IMG/VR virus record: IMGVR_UViG_3300045988_098886
Length of the DNA stretch: 64,000 nt
Direction: 5' to 3' (one strand)
DNA from: a virus
The notes under the pieces were generated by a model. It had not been told where the DNA came from. It worked only from the letters and a program-made list of their open reading frames with translations, and did no database searches. This document shows positions 61,101 through 64,000 of this stretch, piece by piece. Positions within the stretch are counted from its first letter, which is position 1, and each line of letters starts with the position of its first letter. The position numbers and the translations under genes are program-made.

Positions 61101-61576
61101 GCTCTAATGATGGCTGCTATTTACAATGCTATGGAAGTAATAAGGAAAATCCTTATGCAAAAATTGGCTGTTCTTTTAATGCAAATTTTCAAAGATATCA
61201 AGGTTATCTGTCCTTGGCATCAGGACAAGGAGTTGGGGAGTCTTCAGACGGTCTTTATGCTTCTTTTAACGTTTTAACTATAGCAGATAGTTCAAATCCT
61301 ACCTTCCCTTCTCAAACTACTACTACAAGTGCATCAGGATATACTGTGTCTAGCACCAATTCTATTGGCTCGTTATCTACAATGTATATACATGACCAGG
61401 GTTTAAATTGTTTGTTTACATCAGGAAGTTCTGGAATAGTTTCAGCAGGATTTAGAAGAGGTAGAGTTCCTAATTTACAAGATGTGGACTTGGGAGATGT
61501 ATTTAGAATACCTCTTGGAGATATAGATAGAATATATAATGGGACAGCAGAAGTGCTAATGATTAAAACAGGATAA
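58169..61576 (+). CDS. tail fibre protein (1135 aa)
   Basis: KKTGDSMSGQLEI...SKKLVSNLNANYLENYSAKDL resembles the tGGtMtGpL...LnAd.ldG motif common in phage tail fibres. Large beta-rich ORF. Confidence 0.65.
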   Translation: MENVRVDSLLGNKKVIVGNPYSDIVLETLGKVYIKSGRNCKLLDDVIKELAIITEKPQKEIYAKTIIVNSIDELGSLDYPGDGYLIYNSLNKSLYISYEDKYIALIESVTDTSESYVKKTGDSMSGQLEITVDSFPPLIVHSKKLVSNLNANYLENYSAKDLAKKKVDEVISGDWVFTGSNISKANWRFYRDIIVDGSVTSPFFSSGFSGSGWRIDAQTNTLTIDYLVVRKAMQVYEMVVNKITATNGSLWVSNASKVEDYVLAYENTTTEFLIEFNKAYQDASGGTIFTELDDLARSLLTSLLSQRTDIIFTDKNVRAYMVGDTSWQCPSLLTHIVDAKALVGSELFTNINLLWDKSFLDSINIEDPQTPAALAINNSAQGIDLFAESGPESYMEIVSTDNKSIIKKPLYYDYFYGTENIYVVEFDKDEIPVFKPGDIVRCQKWDNQNIKYYDGIVLAPVGLHSFAIQLAKSVFDKYTEISYDEKGNISEITEEYNDSLYDRTWRPSDDDPTWDEEDPPVDEKERKLGTVEIGDSIVQVGNIKPDSGRQNAIYLTSSDDQAPYINILSDLNRPDYSVLYKIPKYDKDGNPITKKDEDGNFIEYEFEYTKTTKVRLGNLGGIIDYTFPANRQPRGYGLYGQNVYLTGEFYLNNGKSIVDVSQDGIILKYKRAGLELLDLYDEQGNPIYLTDKDGNIIKDDNGNPVQKQEIKLNAEQIKVGDEETYALFKVIYENGEKKIYLNADLIQASEIYNLKESADASVITTIDSSVSETPTNAVTDWTYAAKYFFPEYGQTPNWNANYHPDGGGDFSSKTNGTFELTTPSTDFNSYILTNRIEAVAATIGKVTMEMTVTQLTSDISKYEVALLDLENPGNYFVIPLISNDGVNFKWEKTLNVKMEGDYAVGIQIKSSGVSGTDIYSALKATISAEEKSYYWALWSDGSGVLAEERIQWDNLGNLSITASKLTVDDGRYKIGLYSSNDGCYLQCYGSNKENPYAKIGCSFNANFQRYQGYLSLASGQGVGESSDGLYASFNVLTIADSSNPTFPSQTTTTSASGYTVSSTNSIGSLSTMYIHDQGLNCLFTSGSSGIVSAGFRRGRVPNLQDVDLGDVFRIPLGDIDRIYNGTAEVLMIKTG

Positions 61577-61577
61577 T

Positions 61578-61886
61578 ATGAATTTAACAATAAAAGAAAG
61601 ACTATCGATATTACAGATACTTCCAGAAAGTGGAAGTTTATCTGACATGGTGGATATCATGGAAATTGTAAAGAAAGTTAGAATTACCCAAGAAGAAAAA
61701 ACAAAAGTGGAATACAGGGAAACCTCTGGAGCTATCACTTGGAATATTTCTAAAGATGAGGGAGCAGATATAGATTTTACTTTTGAGGAATTAAGTATAT
61801 TAAAAAAAGCTGTGTCTAAGGTAGATAAGGAAGGAAGAGTAAATATGTCTAATTTGGATATCTGCTTAAAAATAAAAAATTTATGA
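61578..61886 (+). CDS. hypothetical protein (102 aa)
   Basis: ORF on the coding strand, overlapping the amidase start. Confidence 0.55.
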   Translation: MNLTIKERLSILQILPESGSLSDMVDIMEIVKKVRITQEEKTKVEYRETSGAITWNISKDEGADIDFTFEELSILKKAVSKVDKEGRVNMSNLDICLKIKNL

Positions 61887-62473
61887 AAATACTGTTAGAC
61901 AATGGTCACGGAGAGAACACTCCAGGAAAAAGAAGTCCTGATGGTAAACTTAGAGAGTATCTTTATGCAAGAGAGATAGCTTCTATGGTTTATGATGAAC
62001 TTTATAATAGAGATTATGATGTTGAACTTCTTGTTCCGGAAACTACTGATATTTCACTCTCTGAAAGATGCAAACGGGCTAATAAATTTGCTAAAGAATT
62101 AGGAAATAAAAATGCTCTATTAGTGTCTATTCATTGCAATGCCGCAGGTAATGGTAGTGCATGGATGGGAGCAAAAGGATGGAGTGTCTTTGTTTCCAAT
62201 AATGCTTCAAGCAATAGTAAGTTACTAGCTGATTGTTTATATGATGCAGCTGAACAACAGAAACTTAAGTTAAGAACAGAGAAACCAGGACAAAAATATT
62301 GGCAGCAAAGCCTTGCAATATGTAGAGATACTAACTGTCCTGCAGTTCTTACAGAGAATCTATTCCAAGACAACAAAGAAGATGTAGAATTTCTTCTTTC
62401 TAAAGAGGGAAAGGAAGCTATCGCTAAACTTCATGTGGACGGAATCATCAAGTACATTTCTAAAAATTCATAG
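61883..62473 (+). CDS. N-acetylmuramoyl-L-alanine amidase (Amidase_3-type endolysin)
   Basis: KILLDNGHGENTPGKRS...REYLYAREIA...LSERCKRAN...LLVSIHCNAAGNG...AVLTENLFQDNKEDVEFL match the Zn-ligand H, E, H pattern of Amidase_3. Confidence 0.8.
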   Translation: MKILLDNGHGENTPGKRSPDGKLREYLYAREIASMVYDELYNRDYDVELLVPETTDISLSERCKRANKFAKELGNKNALLVSIHCNAAGNGSAWMGAKGWSVFVSNNASSNSKLLADCLYDAAEQQKLKLRTEKPGQKYWQQSLAICRDTNCPAVLTENLFQDNKEDVEFLLSKEGKEAIAKLHVDGIIKYISKNS

Positions 62474-62543
62474 GTTAAAGTTATTAAAAAATGTAAAATT
62501 AGAAAATTTTAGTATTTCACTTTATGTGGAATAAAAAAATGAC

Positions 62544-62551
62544 TATATTTG
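62544..62551 (+). promoter_or_regulatory. Bacteroides-type -7 box TATATTTG
   Basis: Exact TAnnTTTG, 25 nt upstream of the ATG at 62576. Confidence 0.4.
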
Positions 62552-62575
62552 CAAATAACTTTAAAAGAATGATAT

Positions 62576-63712
62576 ATGGAAAAGGGAATTGAGGATTTAG
62601 ACTTTAACGAAGAAGATTACGGTATAGCACCGGAACCGTCGAACCCTAATGGTTACGTACCAGATTACGAATCATTAGAGCAAGAGAAACCTTGGATGGG
62701 AGAGGAAACTCAACCACAGCCAGCAGAAGGTTCACAACAAGAACCTACGCAGACACAAGAACCAGTACAGGAAGATGATATTATTATTTCTATGCTTAAA
62801 CAAGTAGGTATCAAAGACCCTTCAAAAATTAAATTTGAAAATGATGAAGGTGAAATTGAAGAAGTTTCTTGGGATTCGCTATCAGCGGAAGAAAAGTTAA
62901 ACATTTTAGCCCCAGAATCTCCTGACCCTAACTATGGTCTTGAAGAACCTGAAATTAACTTTATTAATTTATTACGTGATGCTGGGATTACTCCAGAGGA
63001 ATATATAAATTACCAAAAGGAACAGGCTATTGAAGAATATAGACAAGCATTAGAAGGTAATCCACAATATGAAGTTGAGAGGTTGTCAGACGAAGACTTA
63101 TATACTTTAGATTTACAGTCTAGAGTTCCAGATATGACTGATGAAGAAATAGCTGTAGCTTTAGAACATGAAAAATCTAATCCAGCACTTTTTGAAAAGA
63201 AAATGCAGGGAATTAGAGCGGAGTATAAAGCATTAGAAGATGAAAGAAGACAGAATGAGGAACTTCTCGACCAACAACAGAAACAAGAACAATTTGAAGC
63301 CTTCCAAGCTGACGTACTCGAAGCTATTGAGTCTTTAGATGAAGTTGGAGGTGTAAAATTAAATTTGGACCAAGATGACATGGAAGAAGTTGCAAACTTC
63401 ATATTATCGCTAGATTCGGCAGGAGTTAGTTACTTAGGAAAAGCATTAGACGACCCACAAACTTTAGCGAGAATGGCTTGGTTTGCGTTGAAGGGAGACG
63501 AAGCTTTCGAGACTATCACTGATTATTATGATAAGGAGATAGCAAAAGAAAGACGTTCAGCCTACGAAGCTGGATATGAAGATGCAAAGAAAGGACTTCA
63601 ACCAAAAGGTAATAAAAAACCTACTGTCGTAGTTGCTCCAAAAACTGCATCTGAACCTAAATCCGAGGATGGAAATCCTCATGAAAAAACAATTAATGAT
63701 ATAGATTTTTAA
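62576..63712 (+). CDS. acidic Glu/Gln-rich coiled-coil protein, scaffolding-protein candidate
   Basis: 378 aa, strongly acidic with long helical E/Q/K stretches. It lies immediately upstream of the capsid-like ORF. Confidence 0.4.
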   Translation: MEKGIEDLDFNEEDYGIAPEPSNPNGYVPDYESLEQEKPWMGEETQPQPAEGSQQEPTQTQEPVQEDDIIISMLKQVGIKDPSKIKFENDEGEIEEVSWDSLSAEEKLNILAPESPDPNYGLEEPEINFINLLRDAGITPEEYINYQKEQAIEEYRQALEGNPQYEVERLSDEDLYTLDLQSRVPDMTDEEIAVALEHEKSNPALFEKKMQGIRAEYKALEDERRQNEELLDQQQKQEQFEAFQADVLEAIESLDEVGGVKLNLDQDDMEEVANFILSLDSAGVSYLGKALDDPQTLARMAWFALKGDEAFETITDYYDKEIAKERRSAYEAGYEDAKKGLQPKGNKKPTVVVAPKTASEPKSEDGNPHEKTINDIDF

Positions 63713-63722
63713 TTAAAAAAGT

Positions 63723-64000
63723 ATGATAGTAGCGAATTTTGTATCAAACAGACCGACTATGTCGGAAACTAGAACTTATGAAGATTTCTATAAGTTTCTA
63801 GGAACTAGACCAACTAAATTAGGTGTTGTTTCAAGACTTTACCCAGAACTTACAGCTTCTTACCTAACAGAATCTCTAAGAAACATTTTCTACCAAGATG
63901 TTAAGTCTGGTAATAAATATCAAAGCATTGACTCAATGTACTTTGAATGGGAAGTTGAAACCAACTACATTAAGAGAGTTGAGTTTGCAGATGTACCAAC
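63723..64000 (+). CDS. major capsid protein candidate (N-terminal part; continues beyond window)
   Basis: Own translation: MIVANFVSNRPTMSETRTYEDFYKFLGTRPTKLGVVSRLYPELTASYLTESLRNIFYQDV... The frame is open to the window end. Assigned by its position after the scaffold-like gene only. Confidence 0.35.
   Translation, partial: MIVANFVSNRPTMSETRTYEDFYKFLGTRPTKLGVVSRLYPELTASYLTESLRNIFYQDVKSGNKYQSIDSMYFEWEVETNYIKRVEFADVP

Noticed and set aside
1-64000. Genome-wide stop-codon reassignment (TAG or TGA recoding), as known in some crAss-like lineages
   Set aside because: Late genes of 1.1-2.7 kaa, TerL and the portal are all uninterrupted under the standard code. At most a local readthrough event at 18481 is proposed.
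26347-64000. A second DGR variable region in other fibre genes
   Set aside because: I scanned the C-termini of the large ORFs by eye for the CTCTTnCTTnGCnGC...GCC core and found none. A computational TR-versus-genome search is still needed.
1-64000. Integrase, excisionase, repressor or att sites (temperate lifestyle), and host chromosomal flanks
   Set aside because: No tyrosine or serine recombinase motifs and no host-like genes are seen. The tRNAs lie in phage context rather than at an integration junction.

Overview
AT-rich (about 30% GC by eye), densely packed segment of a tailed dsDNA phage genome. It is most consistent with a crAss-like or other Bacteroidota-infecting gut phage. Supporting points: the gene order TerL - portal - very large tail/fibre genes - scaffold-like protein - capsid-like ORF, the recurring Bacteroides-type -7 promoter box TAnnTTTG, and the absence of cellular housekeeping genes. 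Layout: 1-11.9 kb is a minus-strand block of small genes interleaved with six tRNAs, a tmRNA and long non-coding stretches. A repeat-rich divergent control region lies at 11.9-12.4 kb. 12.4-16.2 kb is a plus-strand block of small early-type genes. 16.2-21.5 kb is a minus-strand block that includes an internal-virion-type double muramidase. 21.6-64 kb is a plus-strand late/structural block with a PD-(D/E)xK nuclease, GroES-like protein, TerL, portal, tail proteins of 1156, 2660, 2235, 675 and 1135 aa, an amidase endolysin, and scaffold-like and capsid-like ORFs. The strongest findings are listed here. (1) A complete diversity-generating retroelement at 51.3-54.9 kb, whose VR/TR pair differs almost only at template adenines; it has no recognisable Avd and the RT starts at TTG. 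(2) A phage-encoded tmRNA of about 548 nt with an unusual tag. (3) A class II tRNA carrying a CCA anticodon. (4) A single in-frame TGA joining the 739-aa muramidase ORF to the downstream 214-aa ORF through 53 stop-free codons. (5) A Ro60/TROVE-like vWA protein embedded among RNA genes. (6) A GC-richer three-gene cassette next to a putative iteron/origin region. All protein calls rest on motifs read by eye; no database search was possible.
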